From positions 1-64,000 of the forward strand of contig CAVZVA010000003.1 in assembly GCA_963778655.1 (NCBI GenBank): a DNA stretch of 64,000 nt, written 5' to 3'. Each line of letters opens with the position of its first letter. Within the stretch, counting starts at the first letter, position 1. This DNA comes from an uncultured delta proteobacterium. GTDB lineage: Bacteria > Myxococcota_A > Polyangia > Polyangiales > JAFGIB01. The translations under genes and the position numbers were made by a program. The notes under the pieces were generated by a model. It had not been told where the DNA came from. It saw nothing but the letters and a program-made list of their open reading frames with translations, and ran no database searches. Of this stretch, positions 48,890-60,159 are shown one piece after another.

Positions 48890-50241
48890 CGCGGCTGCGC
48901 TCCCAGGGCGTCGAGCAACGCGTCCAGAAAGCCCTCGAGCCGCGCTTGGCTGATCGTCAGCGGCGGCGTCAGCGAGAGCGTGCGCGCGTCCGCACCGGCC
49001 GGCAGCGTCAGGTAGCCGCGCTCCAGCAGCGCGCGCACCAGCGAAAGCGTGCGCGCGCCGGAGTCGAGCTCCACGCCGATCAGCAAGCCGGCGCCGCGCA
49101 CCTCGCGCACGCACGCCTGCCCTTGCAGCCGCGCCCGCAACTGGCCGGCGAGCCAGTCGCCGAGCGCCTGGCTGCGCTCGCACAGCTGCTGCCGCGCGAT
49201 CGCGTCCAGCGTGGCGAGCGCCGCAGCGCAGGCCAGCGGGTTGCCGAAGAAGGTGCCGGTGTGCAGCGCCTCGCTATCGGGCGCGCCCCAGGCCGCCATC
49301 ACCTCGGCAGTGCCCAGGCACGCGCTCACCGGCAGCCCGCCGCCCAGCGCCTTGCCCAGGCACAGCAGGTGCGGGGTCGCGCCCTGTGCCACGCTCTGCA
49401 ACCACGCGCCGCCGCGCCCCAGGCCAGTCAGGATCTCGTCGGCGATCAGTAGCGCTCCGCGGCGATCGCACAGCTCGCGCAGCGCAGCCAGAAAGCCGCG
49501 CGGCGGCACCACCACGCCGCCGCGTCCGAGCACCGGCTCGATCAACACCGCGCCGATCGCGTCGTGCTCGCGCCACGCGCGCTCCACCGCGGCGAGCGCC
49601 GCGTCCAGCGTCGTATCTGCCTCTGGATAGGGCGCGAAGACCACGTGCGGATTGAGCTGCGCCGCGAACGGCGTGCGGAACTTCGCATCGTAGCCGCAGG
49701 CTGCGAGCGGGCCGTAGCCCAGGCCGTGATAGCCGCCGTCGAAGGCCAGCACGCCGGGGCGCCCGCTGTGCAGCGCCGCGGTCTTGAGCGCGGCGGTGAC
49801 CGCATCCGAGCCGCTCAGTCCGAGCACCACGCGTGCATCGGTGAAGGGCGCGAGCGCGGCCAGGCGTTGCAGCAAGGCGATCTTCGTGTCCGCGGGGTGT
49901 GCGTCGCCGAGCGCGTGCAGCAGCCGCTCGGCCTGCTGCTGCACCGCGTGCACCACCTCCGGCGCAGCGTGCCCGACCGCGGCCGCGCCGAAGCCGGCGG
50001 TCAAATCGACGTAGCGGTTGTCGTCCACGTCCCAGACGTTGATGCCCGAAGCGCGCGCCCACACAATCGGATCGTGGGGCGCACCCGCGAGCTCGGTGCG
50101 GCGCGCGCGGCGCGCGGTGAGCGCCGGGCATTCGGTGGCGGCCAGGACGTCAAGCCAGTGCTGGCCGCGAGCCCCCGGCAGGGGCGCGCGCACGAGCGGC
50201 TCGAGCTGGGACTGCGGCGCGGGCACGCCCTGCACTACCAC
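48886..50241 (-). CDS. Class III PLP-dependent aminotransferase (start uncertain)
   Basis: DVDDNRYVD, SGSDAV, GGYHG, IEPVLGRGG, IADEILTGLGR, LGKALGGG and HTGTFFGNP motifs. Confidence 0.9.
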   Translation of the reverse strand: MVVQGVPAPQSQLEPLVRAPLPGARGQHWLDVLAATECPALTARRARRTELAGAPHDPIVWARASGINVWDVDDNRYVDLTAGFGAAAVGHAAPEVVHAVQQQAERLLHALGDAHPADTKIALLQRLAALAPFTDARVVLGLSGSDAVTAALKTAALHSGRPGVLAFDGGYHGLGYGPLAACGYDAKFRTPFAAQLNPHVVFAPYPEADTTLDAALAAVERAWREHDAIGAVLIEPVLGRGGVVVPPRGFLAALRELCDRRGALLIADEILTGLGRGGAWLQSVAQGATPHLLCLGKALGGGLPVSACLGTAEVMAAWGAPDSEALHTGTFFGNPLACAAALATLDAIARQQLCERSQALGDWLAGQLRARLQGQACVREVRGAGLLIGVELDSGARTLSLVRALLERGYLTLPAGADARTLSLTPPLTISQARLEGFLDALLDALGAQPR

Positions 50242-50305
50242 GCCGCAGCGGCCGGGGCACAAGGGGCGTCCGCAGCGCGCGGCGCCCGCGATCGGCGGGG
50301 GCCGC

Positions 50306-52016
50306 TCAGCGCTTGGCGCGCTTGCGCCAGGGGAAGAACGCGTTGCCGGCGGCGCGCGCCTCGCGCATCTGTTGCGGGTCACCGAGCAGCATCACGGTGA
50401 GCTTCGCGCCGTGTTTGGCGGCAGCTTCGGCCACCGCCGACTTGATCTCGGGGGCGCGCTGGGCGAAGCCGGGATCGACGCGAATGCCGATCACGGGCAT
50501 GGCCGAGCCGTCGCCGACCTCGCATGCCCACTCCACCTCGGGATAACCGCGCAGCGCCTCGGACACGCGGTCGAGCACCGCGTCGCTGAGCGGGGGCTCC
50601 AGAGCGCGAAATGCAGTCGAGGCCCCGGCCGGCGCTGCCGCGGGCGCAGCGGCGGCCTCCGCCTCGGGCTCGGGGGCAGGCGTCGGCCCCTTGGTACGCG
50701 TCCCGCGCTTGCCGCGTTGGGCATCGGCGTTGAGCTCGGCGGCGAACATGCCGGCCAGCGTCTTGACCACGGAAGGCTCGGGGGGCGGCGCGTCCTCCAC
50801 GCGGCCTTTGCGCGCCATGTCGGTGAGCATTGCAGCGACGTCCGCCGCGGCCTGCTGCGTGGCCTCGTCGGCCGCCAGCTTGCCGATCTGCGTAACCATC
50901 ACCGCCGCTTCGAGCGCGGCGGGCTTGGCTTCGGGCTCCGGGCTCGGGTCGGCGAAGGGCGAGACCGCGTCGCCGAACGCGCTGGCCGCGGCCGGGGGCA
51001 GCTCGGGCGGCAGACCCTCGAGCGGAGGCAGCGGCTCGAAGCCCTGCGGGGGCGGCGCGGGTTGCACCGCCTCGAAGCCTGGGTGCGGCGGCGCGGGTTG
51101 CACCGCCTCGAAGCCTGGGTGCGGCGGCGCGGGTTGCACCGCCTCGAAGCCTGGGTGCGGCGACGCGGGTTGCACCGCTTCGAGTGCCGGCGCCGGCGGC
51201 GCGGCGATTGGCTCCGCTGCCGGCGCGTCGGGAGGCGCCTGCGGCCACGCCGCCAAATCCGGAATCGTCGGTGCAGGGTCGGGCTCGCCGCGCGCGGCGG
51301 GCCGCGGACGGCGAGCCATGTTGGCCGGGCGCGTGGCCAGCGGCACCGCGGCGAGCGCTTGCCGGCGCGCGGGCCCGGCCTCGGGCTCGGCGCGGGGATC
51401 GGGCCGGGCCGCGCCGCGCTTCGAGCGCGGGACCAACAGCTCCTCGACCACAGCGGGGGGCTTGCTCGCGGGCGGCAACCGCCTGAAGGGCATGTCGATC
51501 TCGGCCAGGCGCGGCCTCGCGGCGCCGCCCGCGGGCGGCGCTTTCGGATCGGCGACGCCGCGGGGCCCCAGCCGGCGCGGGGGCGCGGCCTGCCCGTGGG
51601 AGTCGAGCACGCCCTGCACCTCGTCGCGGGAGAATTCGGTCGCGTGCTCGCCGCAGATATCCAGCACCACGAAGTGCGCATGCTGGGAGAGCGCGCACTG
51701 CAACGCCTCGCGCGCGCCGAGCTCGCGCATGCCGATCGAATCCGTCGGGTTGGAGCCAGCCAAAACGCCGCGCAGCCGCGGTCAGCTCGTCACGCCCGGT
51801 GAACAACGGCATCGCCTTTTCGCCATCGCTATTGGTCAGCGTACGAAGCGCCTCGGCACCGCCCGGCCAGGTGGCGGCGAGCACCACGCCTTGCACCACC
51901 GTGGCCAGCGCCTGCGCGCGTGCGGCGTCGTCGTCGAGTGCGTGCAGCAGAAGCTGGCGCAGGGCGACCGTGGCCTGGTCGAGCCTGGCCCCCCCCTTCT
52001 CGCCGGCTGTCATCAC
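50306..52016 (-). pseudogene. SseB-like protein split by a 1-bp frameshift near 51740 (real lesion or sequencing error)
   Basis: N-terminal ..AMPLFTGRDEL..GWLQPDG frame continues as SIGMRELG.. only if one T of GGATTCG is removed. Confidence 0.65.
51051..51183. repeat. Intragenic 36-bp tandem repeat, about 3.7 copies
   Basis: Unit GGCGGCGCGGGTTGCACCGCCTCGAAGCCTGGGTGC, encoding FEAVQPAPPHPG on the minus strand. Confidence 0.9.
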
Positions 52017-52088
52017 TGGAACATTCTACCCCATCCACCCGGGGAAGCGGCAGGGGTCATCACGGAATCAGCCAACCCTCCCCCACGC

Positions 52089-52116
52089 TTGACAGTCCCA
52101 AGCACACGACTATCTT
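52089..52116 (+). promoter_or_regulatory. Sigma-70-type promoter for tRNA-Phe
   Basis: TTGACA-N16-TATCTT followed by a GC-rich stretch, 50 bp upstream of the tRNA. Confidence 0.65.
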
Positions 52117-52165
52117 GCCGCCTTCTCGGCCCTGCACCGCGTAAAGCACACCCACCCACATCTCC

Positions 52166-52238
52166 GCCCAGGTAGCTCAGTCGGTAGAGCAGAGGATTGA
52201 AAATCCTCGTGTCGGCGGTTCGATTCCGTCCCTGGGCA
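52166..52238 (+). tRNA. tRNA-Phe(GAA), CCA not encoded
   Basis: Acceptor stem GCCCAGG/CCTGGGC; D-arm GCTC..GAGC; anticodon arm GAGGA-TTGAAAA-TCCTC; T-loop GTTCGATTC. Confidence 0.97.
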
Positions 52239-52361
52239 CTGCGATCGCTGCATTTCCCGAGGAATTCGAGAGCTCGGGTTGTCTCTGTGGTCTCTCTGAA
52301 CGCTGGGTTGCGCGGCTGTTTGCTACATATGTGCTGAAGTCGCCGACGCGCTCCGCAAGCT

Positions 52362-52580
52362 CGCCAGTGGGTCCTGACCGTACCCCATCGGCTCCGCTAC
52401 CGCATCGGCTACGACCACGACCTGTGCCTGCGCGTGCTACGGGCTCTCAGCACGGAGCTGCAGCGCTACTACCGCAACGTGACCGCCGAGCGCGGAGGCC
52501 AGACCGGCAGCGTTACGTTCATCCAGAGGTTCAACAGCGGCCTCGCGCTCAGCCCGCACTTTCACCTATTCGCGCTCGCG
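52362..52580 (+). mobile_element. IS91-family (Y2/HUH) transposase remnant
   Basis: Frame reads RQWVLTVPHRLRY...GQTGSVTFIQRFNSGLALSPHFH; both ends are missing. Confidence 0.75.
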
Positions 52581-52584
52581 CCAG

Positions 52585-54039
52585 TCACGGGTGCGCCGCG
52601 AGCCAGTCGAGCACGCCCTGGTACTTGGGCGAGGCGGCCAGCGTGTCGCTGGTCTTCTCCTTGAGACCCCAGCACCGGCCCGCGTGCGTGTACTGCATGA
52701 AAGGTCCTGTCAGCTTGGCCGCCACGAGCGCGTCCAGATACGAGACGTAGAGATCGTGCATCGCGGGGTCGTGCTGCAGGCTGGTGCAGCCGTTGTTGGG
52801 TGCCGCGTAGGAGTCCGAGCCGCCTTCGTACGAGATCAGCGGCACACCGATGCTGTCGGCGCACGCGCGACTGCTCTGCGTCCATTGCCCGGCCATCGGG
52901 ATCGCGTTGGTGAGCGCGTCGATCGAGGTACCGCTGAAGTAGGGGGCGATCGCGTAGACGTCGGGCTTCTCGCCGTTGGGATTGATCGTGTGATCGGCCA
53001 GCGCCAGCTTGTGCGCATCGCACGGGCCGGTCCACGCGGCTTGTCCGGCGAGCACCTTGACCAAGCGCGGGCTGTTCTTGCCGAACACGGCCTCGAACGC
53101 CTCGTACACGCGCACCGAGGCGTAGACATAGTACGCCCCCGCCGCGTCGCTGCCCGCCAGCCCGAGGCTCTGGGCCTTGCCGGCCGCGTAGTCGTGCTGC
53201 GGGAAGCTCCCGTTCCAGACCTCGTTCGACCACTCCACGTACACGCGCAGACTCGGGTCGAGCTGGTCGTGGATGAGCTGGGCGAGCTTGGGCCAGTAGC
53301 TCGCGTCCGCCTCGTGCGGGACGTTGACCCAGTAGTCTTTCTTGGCGCGATTGCAGAGATCGATTTGCCACTCGAACGCGACCGGCTGGTTCTGCATGTC
53401 GGTCTTCTTCTTGCGGGTGTCCCAGCTCGCCTGTGGGTTGTTGCTCTGATTGGTCGAGTTCCAGTCCATGAAGCGCAGCACGCTGTAGGGCGCCAGATCG
53501 GCCAGCAACTCGGGGCGCCAGGGGTCGGTCGTGGTCGAGAAGTCCACGCCGCTCGCGAAGAAGTCGCCCTGCCCTTCCCAGTCGATGTTCCAGAAGTTGG
53601 CGCCGACGAAGAACTTGCTGGCGGGTGCGGGATTGAGCAGGGCGATCGTGCCGCCCGCGTCCGAGCTCGGTGCGCCCGCATCGACAGCGCTCATGCCGCC
53701 GCCGCCATCTGCGCTGCTTCCCCCCGCACCGCCGCTGCCCGCGCCTTTCGCGCCTCCGCTCGCCGAACCGGCAGCTCCTGCGCCGCCACCGCCCGTGAGT
53801 GTGCTCATCGCTCCACCGCTGCCGAGCGCTCCACCCCCGCCCCCGCCCCCGCCCGTGCCAGTGCCAGTGCCAGCGCCGGTCACGCCGCCTGGGCCCGAGC
53901 CGAGCGCGCCGCCGCCGCCTGCCGTCCCCGAGTTGGCTGACTTCGATGCGTGACTGCACCCCGCCAGCGCGAGCACCAGCGAGCCCCCTAGCAAGAGCCA
54001 GCCCAGAGCCGGCCGTGACATCCCTAGCTGTCTGCTCAT
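52585..54039 (-). CDS. Lipoprotein with Gly-rich linker and putative clan-A-like glycoside hydrolase domain
   Basis: Lipobox LAGC; LRFMDW, WVNVPH, VYVEWSNEVWN, IAPYF and SYEGG motifs. Confidence 0.7.
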   Translation of the reverse strand: MSRQLGMSRPALGWLLLGGSLVLALAGCSHASKSANSGTAGGGGALGSGPGGVTGAGTGTGTGGGGGGGGALGSGGAMSTLTGGGGAGAAGSASGGAKGAGSGGAGGSSADGGGGMSAVDAGAPSSDAGGTIALLNPAPASKFFVGANFWNIDWEGQGDFFASGVDFSTTTDPWRPELLADLAPYSVLRFMDWNSTNQSNNPQASWDTRKKKTDMQNQPVAFEWQIDLCNRAKKDYWVNVPHEADASYWPKLAQLIHDQLDPSLRVYVEWSNEVWNGSFPQHDYAAGKAQSLGLAGSDAAGAYYVYASVRVYEAFEAVFGKNSPRLVKVLAGQAAWTGPCDAHKLALADHTINPNGEKPDVYAIAPYFSGTSIDALTNAIPMAGQWTQSSRACADSIGVPLISYEGGSDSYAAPNNGCTSLQHDPAMHDLYVSYLDALVAAKLTGPFMQYTHAGRCWGLKEKTSDTLAASPKYQGVLDWLAAHP

Positions 54040-54283
54040 CGTCGGAGTCCTCCCGCGACCCGTGGGTAAGACCCGCGAGCCTGGTCTTTGAGGCCAACCC
54101 CGCCACCCCTTTTGCACAACCGCGAGGTTTCGGCGGTGACGCATCGATCCAAACTGATATATTCCTCTACGGAATCAATGCTCGATGCGCTCGGGACCCT
54201 CGTAGTGCTGTCCGAAGCGGGCACGATGGGCCGCACTTCCACCCGCTTACGCCTCACGCAGTCCTAGGTTGGGTTTGATGATC

Positions 54284-54661
54284 CTAGGTTTGAACCGCGC
54301 TCATGTGTGCACCGACGATTTGCCAGCGTCCATCCCGCTGAATCCACACCCGCGTGTAACTCAGTACCGCGACCACATCCTGCCCGAGTATCTTGGCGGC
54401 GCCTGACATCTTCACACTCGTGATGGCACCATCGGGAATCTGACGGATCTTGAACTCCAGCGGCGTGAGTTTCGAGATCTTCAGCGCGCCGGAGCGATGT
54501 TGCTCCAGATCCGTGGCCTTGGTTTCGCGCGCTCCGTTCATCCCGGTGAAGAGCGCGTCGTCGGCAAGCAGCTCATCGAGGACGGCAACGTCGCTCGCGA
54601 GTTGCGCTGCCCAGAGGCGCTCCTCAAGCTCTCGGATCGTTTCTTCCAAGGTCTTCGACAT
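54284..54661 (-). CDS. NTF2-like/DUF4440 protein
   Basis: DVAVLDELLADD and YTRVW..DGRWQIVGAHMS motifs. Confidence 0.85.
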   Translation of the reverse strand: MSKTLEETIRELEERLWAAQLASDVAVLDELLADDALFTGMNGARETKATDLEQHRSGALKISKLTPLEFKIRQIPDGAITSVKMSGAAKILGQDVVAVLSYTRVWIQRDGRWQIVGAHMSAVQT

Positions 54662-54937
54662 GTGTTGAAAACTATCAATCCGCCGACGATGGTTCAACGA
54701 ACGATCAGCGTTTTGTTCTGCCTGAGCTTGCCTCGACCCTTCGACAGGTCTGCTGGGAGAAGGGACCGACGCCCTGATCCGCGACCGATATCATGGAGTC
54801 GGCGGAGCAGGACCACTGACATGAGGATGGCCTCGACGTCGGAGCCGTCTACTTGCAGGCGTAACCGGGGGCCGCTTCCGAACCCAACCCAAGGTCGCGG
54901 CGGTCATGGAATCGTTGGCGATCAAACGCGGCGCGGC

Positions 54938-56335
<1,398 letters not shown>

Positions 56336-56372
56336 GGGACCAGCACTCTACCGGGGGACCGAGACGAATTCG

Positions 56373-56627
56373 ATGACTCAGCGATCTCGGTCGTGCAGTT
56401 CAAGGAACGGCACCCGACGAGAAGGCGCGGCCGGGGCGCCAGCGCTCATCTCGATCGACGACCGCGACTTCACCGTGGCGGAGTTCGTGAAGATGGTCGG
56501 CACCTTCGGCGGGTGGGGGACGCGGATCGCATTTGTCTTCGATGAGGATGTTCACGAGCAGCCAAAGATCAAGGTGCGGGAGCCGAGGGAACCGAAGAGG
56601 CGATCGCGCAAGACAAAATTCGCCTGA
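56373..56627 (+). pseudogene. Probable gene fragment of a hypothetical protein
   Basis: Only the 3' part looks protein-like (ISIDDRDFTVAEFVKMVGTFGGWGTRIAFV); no convincing start. Confidence 0.35.
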
Positions 56628-56682
56628 AGTCGTGCGGGTCGCAAAGCACTCGCAGCGGGCGAGCGTAGGCGCCACAAACCCC

Positions 56683-56853
56683 CTAGAGCACCGAACATAT
56701 TGAAGCACGCACGATTTCGGGGCCCTCGCGGGCGCATGGCACGCGCGCTCCCCGCTCGACGTAGGATGGACTACGCCTTCGGGCTCCCGCCCGCACCCTG
56801 CATCCCGCCATGACCCCGACTTCGCACACGTTTCAATAGGTTCGGTGCTCTAG
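56683..56853. mobile_element. MITE-like element with 24-bp terminal inverted repeats
   Basis: CTAGAGCACCGAACATATTGAAGC ... GTTTCAATAGGTTCGGTGCTCTAG (2 mismatches); central CGTAG/CTACG hairpin. Confidence 0.8.
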
Positions 56854-57134
56854 CCAAGCGAGCCCACTTCCAGCGTGCGTGACACAATGCGCCTTCTGCG
56901 CCGACAGGAGCTCGCGCGGCGGGGGACGCGCCGGCCGCGCGCACGTGCGGGCGTCGACCGACGTCGGCCGCAGGGCGCGCACGGCACTGAAATCGGGGCG
57001 CGACACCTTCGGCGAGGACGGGTCTCGGAGCGTCCACCAACCGGCCGAGCGCGAACGACAGGCGGACGTAGCCCCGATGGTAGCCTTCGGCGGGTCTGCA
57101 GCGGCTTCCCGGACCATGGCGGGACGACGGAATG

Positions 57135-57863
57135 TCAGCAGCCGCCGCACTCGCTCTCGCACACGCAGCCGCAGCCCGTGCAGCACGACGGCAGGCCCTG
57201 GCATCCGGAGATGCAGTCGTCGCAGGCGCTGGCCGCGTTCCCTGTGTAACCGCACACGTCGAGCGGCACGCACTGCTGGGGGCCGCCGTTGCAGTAGTCA
57301 CAGGCCGACAGCGGGAGCGCGAAGTTCGCAGAGCGCGTGCCCAGGCAATCGCCGTGGCTCGTGCATTTGCGCATACAGCGCATCGGCTGGCTGCTCACGC
57401 CCAGGTAGTGCTCGCACTGGGTTCCCGACGGGCACTGCGACGAGCTGGTACAGGCGTCGCCCTCCGCCTTGCTCGCGCCCGGGCTCGTGCCAGTTCCGCC
57501 GCTGCTCGAGCCGCTGCAGCTCGTCCCCGGCGGCTCGAACTCGTTTTGTCCAGAGCAGTTCACCGGAAAGCCGAGCTCCGGGCAGGTCTTCTGCGCGTAC
57601 CTCGCGTTCGCGATGAACGAGGGACAGCCGTCTGCCTGAAAGCCCTCCCAGCACACCATCTCGTTCAGGCAGGTGCCGCAGCTCCCGTCCAACACGCACA
57701 TCCGGGTCGGATAGACCGAGGAGGAGCTCGCACCCCCGCCGGACGTACCCGCGCCGCCCTGTGCCCCCGAACCATTGCCGTTCGCGCCGCCCCCGCAGGC
57801 CGCCAGCCACGTCGATGCGATGACCGCAGCCCACGCGCTCCGCCCGCGCGTGGTCCCTCCCAT
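57135..57863 (-). CDS. Cys-rich lipoprotein
   Basis: GAGGAGG RBS; lipobox LAAC; C-terminus CDDCISGCQGLPSCCTGCGCVCESECGGC. Confidence 0.75.
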   Translation of the reverse strand: MGGTTRGRSAWAAVIASTWLAACGGGANGNGSGAQGGAGTSGGGASSSSVYPTRMCVLDGSCGTCLNEMVCWEGFQADGCPSFIANARYAQKTCPELGFPVNCSGQNEFEPPGTSCSGSSSGGTGTSPGASKAEGDACTSSSQCPSGTQCEHYLGVSSQPMRCMRKCTSHGDCLGTRSANFALPLSACDYCNGGPQQCVPLDVCGYTGNAASACDDCISGCQGLPSCCTGCGCVCESECGGC

Positions 57864-58096
57864 CAGAACCCTCCTCAAGATGCAGTCTCACACACCCGCG
57901 GCGGCCTGTGAACCCCCGGACGCGACCCGAGCGCGGGTAACCTGCAGGCGGTCGCGTTCGTGGCCGTTCGGCACGCGACGAGAACCTGAGCCACACCGCA
58001 GCGCCGCAACTGCGCGCACGGTCGCGCCGTGTTATGCGCCAAGAGCCAGCTGCATCTTTCGCCGAAGCCGGCAGCTACCTATGAAGAACGTCCGCG

Positions 58097-58171
58097 GGAT
58101 CATCTGCCGGGGGATCATCTGCCGCAGGATCATCTGCCAGCAGCTGGCAGATGATCCCCGGCAGATGATCC
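58097..58171. repeat. Array of 3 direct and 2 inverted copies of GGATCATCTGCC
   Basis: Forward copies at 58097, 58112 and 58127; reverse-complement copies at 58146 and 58160. Confidence 0.9.
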
Positions 58172-58430
58172 CCCGGTGCAAGAGCCTCTTGCACGATCGC
58201 CCCAGCGCCCGGACGGCTAGCATCGACCCAAGCGACGGGTGGCCGATGACCGCCCGCACTAGAGACTAGAGCACCGCCGCAATCGGCGTGGCGGGCACCA
58301 GCGAGCGCGCTCCACGACCTGCGCTTCCGGGTCGGGCACGCGTCTATTCCGCAGTAACGGCCAGAAGTTCGCCGTGCCGTGACGGATTGCACGCACCCGC
58401 GCATTAACTGCAGCAGGAGCGAGTGCGGAG

Positions 58431-58991
58431 TTGCAAGCCGACGGTCATCTCAGCTCGGCAGCCCTCTTCGCCCGCCACGCCCCCTTTGTGGCGAGATTCT
58501 TGACGCGCATGGGCGTTTCCCGCGCGGATCTGGACGATGTGATGCAAGACGTCTTTCTAGTCGCGCACAAGTTGGGTGGGTACACGCCAGGTCCGGCGAA
58601 GCCCACGACTTACCTGGCGAACATCGCCCTGCGCGCGGCGACGACCCACCGCCGTAAGCGCCAGGTTCGCTCATTCGTTCACGTGAATGACGGGCTCGTG
58701 GACGCCGCGGCTGCGGAAACCGATCCCGAGCGCAGCGTTCAACAACAGCAACGGCTGCAAGTCTTGCAAGGCGCGCTCGACAAGCTGGACGACGACAAAC
58801 GGGCCATCTTCGTGATGGCCGAGATCGAGGGTGAGACCGTGGTGGCGATCGCCGCAGGGCTCGGCATTCCCGTCGATACCGCGTACTCGCGCTTACGCGC
58901 AGCTCGCAAGCTGTTCCACGAGGCGGTTGGCGTGCTTCGCGACGATGAGCCAGTGCGCTTCCATCGGCGTATGCAACCGGTGCGGTCATGA
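58431..58991 (+). CDS. ECF RNA polymerase sigma factor
   Basis: DLDDVMQDVFL; LDDDKRAIFVMAEIEG..IAAGLGIPVDTAYSRL; TTG start. Confidence 0.88.
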   Translation: MQADGHLSSAALFARHAPFVARFLTRMGVSRADLDDVMQDVFLVAHKLGGYTPGPAKPTTYLANIALRAATTHRRKRQVRSFVHVNDGLVDAAAAETDPERSVQQQQRLQVLQGALDKLDDDKRAIFVMAEIEGETVVAIAAGLGIPVDTAYSRLRAARKLFHEAVGVLRDDEPVRFHRRMQPVRS

Positions 58992-60085
58992 TGAAGCGGC
59001 TGATGACCGATTGCAGACCGTGGATCGAGAATCCAGCGCAACCGCGCTTCGTTCGCGAGCTGCTCGAGGCAGGCCGCAACTCGCATGCCGCGGGCTACGA
59101 TTTCGAGCAAGGCCTTCACAAGCACCTGGCGCGGATCGCGGTCATCGCACCGATGCCGGACTGGGCCGAAGGCTTGCGGCCACGCGCAGCGGCAACTGCG
59201 GCGCGCGGAACGGTCGCGAGCTCGGCCACGGCCGGCTGGCTGGCGGCGCTGCTCGCGGCGACCTTCGGGCTCGTGCCCACATCGAAGCGGGCCGAGCTGC
59301 CGTCGGGCGCGACGCATGCATCGCTGCCAGCCGCGGAGCAGCACGCGTCGCCGCCCGCTTCGGTCGTGGTTCCGCTCCCCACACCGGTGGCGGAGTCGAA
59401 CCCAATGCGCCCAGCGCGAGAGCTGGCCGCAAACGCGCCGACACCCACCATGCAACCCGCGCAACTGGCGCAACGTGTGAAGCGCAGCGACAAGTCGGCC
59501 GCGGCGCGAGCGGCGAAGCCCACGACGAAGACGCTCGCCCCACGGAAAGACGAAGCGGCCACTGCGATCGGCGGCGTCTCGAGCGCAAAGAGGAGCGAAG
59601 AGCCCATGGGCAGCGAGATTTTCGAGGCGGCGCAACCCGCGGTCGCGCTCCACGACTCGACATTCGCGCAAGCGCCCGAGCGCAGCCCGGAGCCCGGACC
59701 GCCGCCGCCCGCAGACGCGATAGGCGAGGCGCCACAGCAAGCTTCGGGCGAGTCGACGCCCCGCGACGTGGCGCCGGACCACGTGGCGCAGGCGGTGCAA
59801 CACGACAACGCCCTCGAGCGGGAGATGATGATGCTGGCAGTGGCGCAGCGCACGCTTGTGGCCGACCCCGCACGCGCGCTCGAGCTGGCGCGTCGTGGCG
59901 AAGAGGAGTTCACCGGAAGCATGTTTGGCCAGGAGCGACAGCAGGTCCTGCTGCTCGCGCTGGTGAAGCTCGGCAGGATGGACGAGGCCAAGCGGCTCGC
60001 GAGGCCCTTTCTCGTCCGCTACGGCAACGGCCCATTCAGCGATCGCGTACGGCGCGCGCTGGCGACCGGCAGGGTGGAGCGCTGA
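58988..60085 (+). CDS. Putative anti-sigma factor with C-terminal TPR-like domain
   Basis: ATGA overlap with the ECF gene; hydrophobic segment; C-terminal DPARALEL..QER..FLVRYGNGP, like 27418-28218. Confidence 0.65.
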   Translation: MMKRLMTDCRPWIENPAQPRFVRELLEAGRNSHAAGYDFEQGLHKHLARIAVIAPMPDWAEGLRPRAAATAARGTVASSATAGWLAALLAATFGLVPTSKRAELPSGATHASLPAAEQHASPPASVVVPLPTPVAESNPMRPARELAANAPTPTMQPAQLAQRVKRSDKSAAARAAKPTTKTLAPRKDEAATAIGGVSSAKRSEEPMGSEIFEAAQPAVALHDSTFAQAPERSPEPGPPPPADAIGEAPQQASGESTPRDVAPDHVAQAVQHDNALEREMMMLAVAQRTLVADPARALELARRGEEEFTGSMFGQERQQVLLLALVKLGRMDEAKRLARPFLVRYGNGPFSDRVRRALATGRVER

Positions 60086-60159
60086 TTGCTGCTCCGGGCA
60101 GGTCAGCGGGTGATGGTGGTTGGGTGAAGGTGTCGGGTCTCCGACCTCGAAGGAGCTGT

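Noticed and set aside
51051..51183. 36-bp repeats as a CRISPR array
   Set aside because: Units are contiguous with no spacers, keep frame within a Pro-rich linker, and no cas genes are present.
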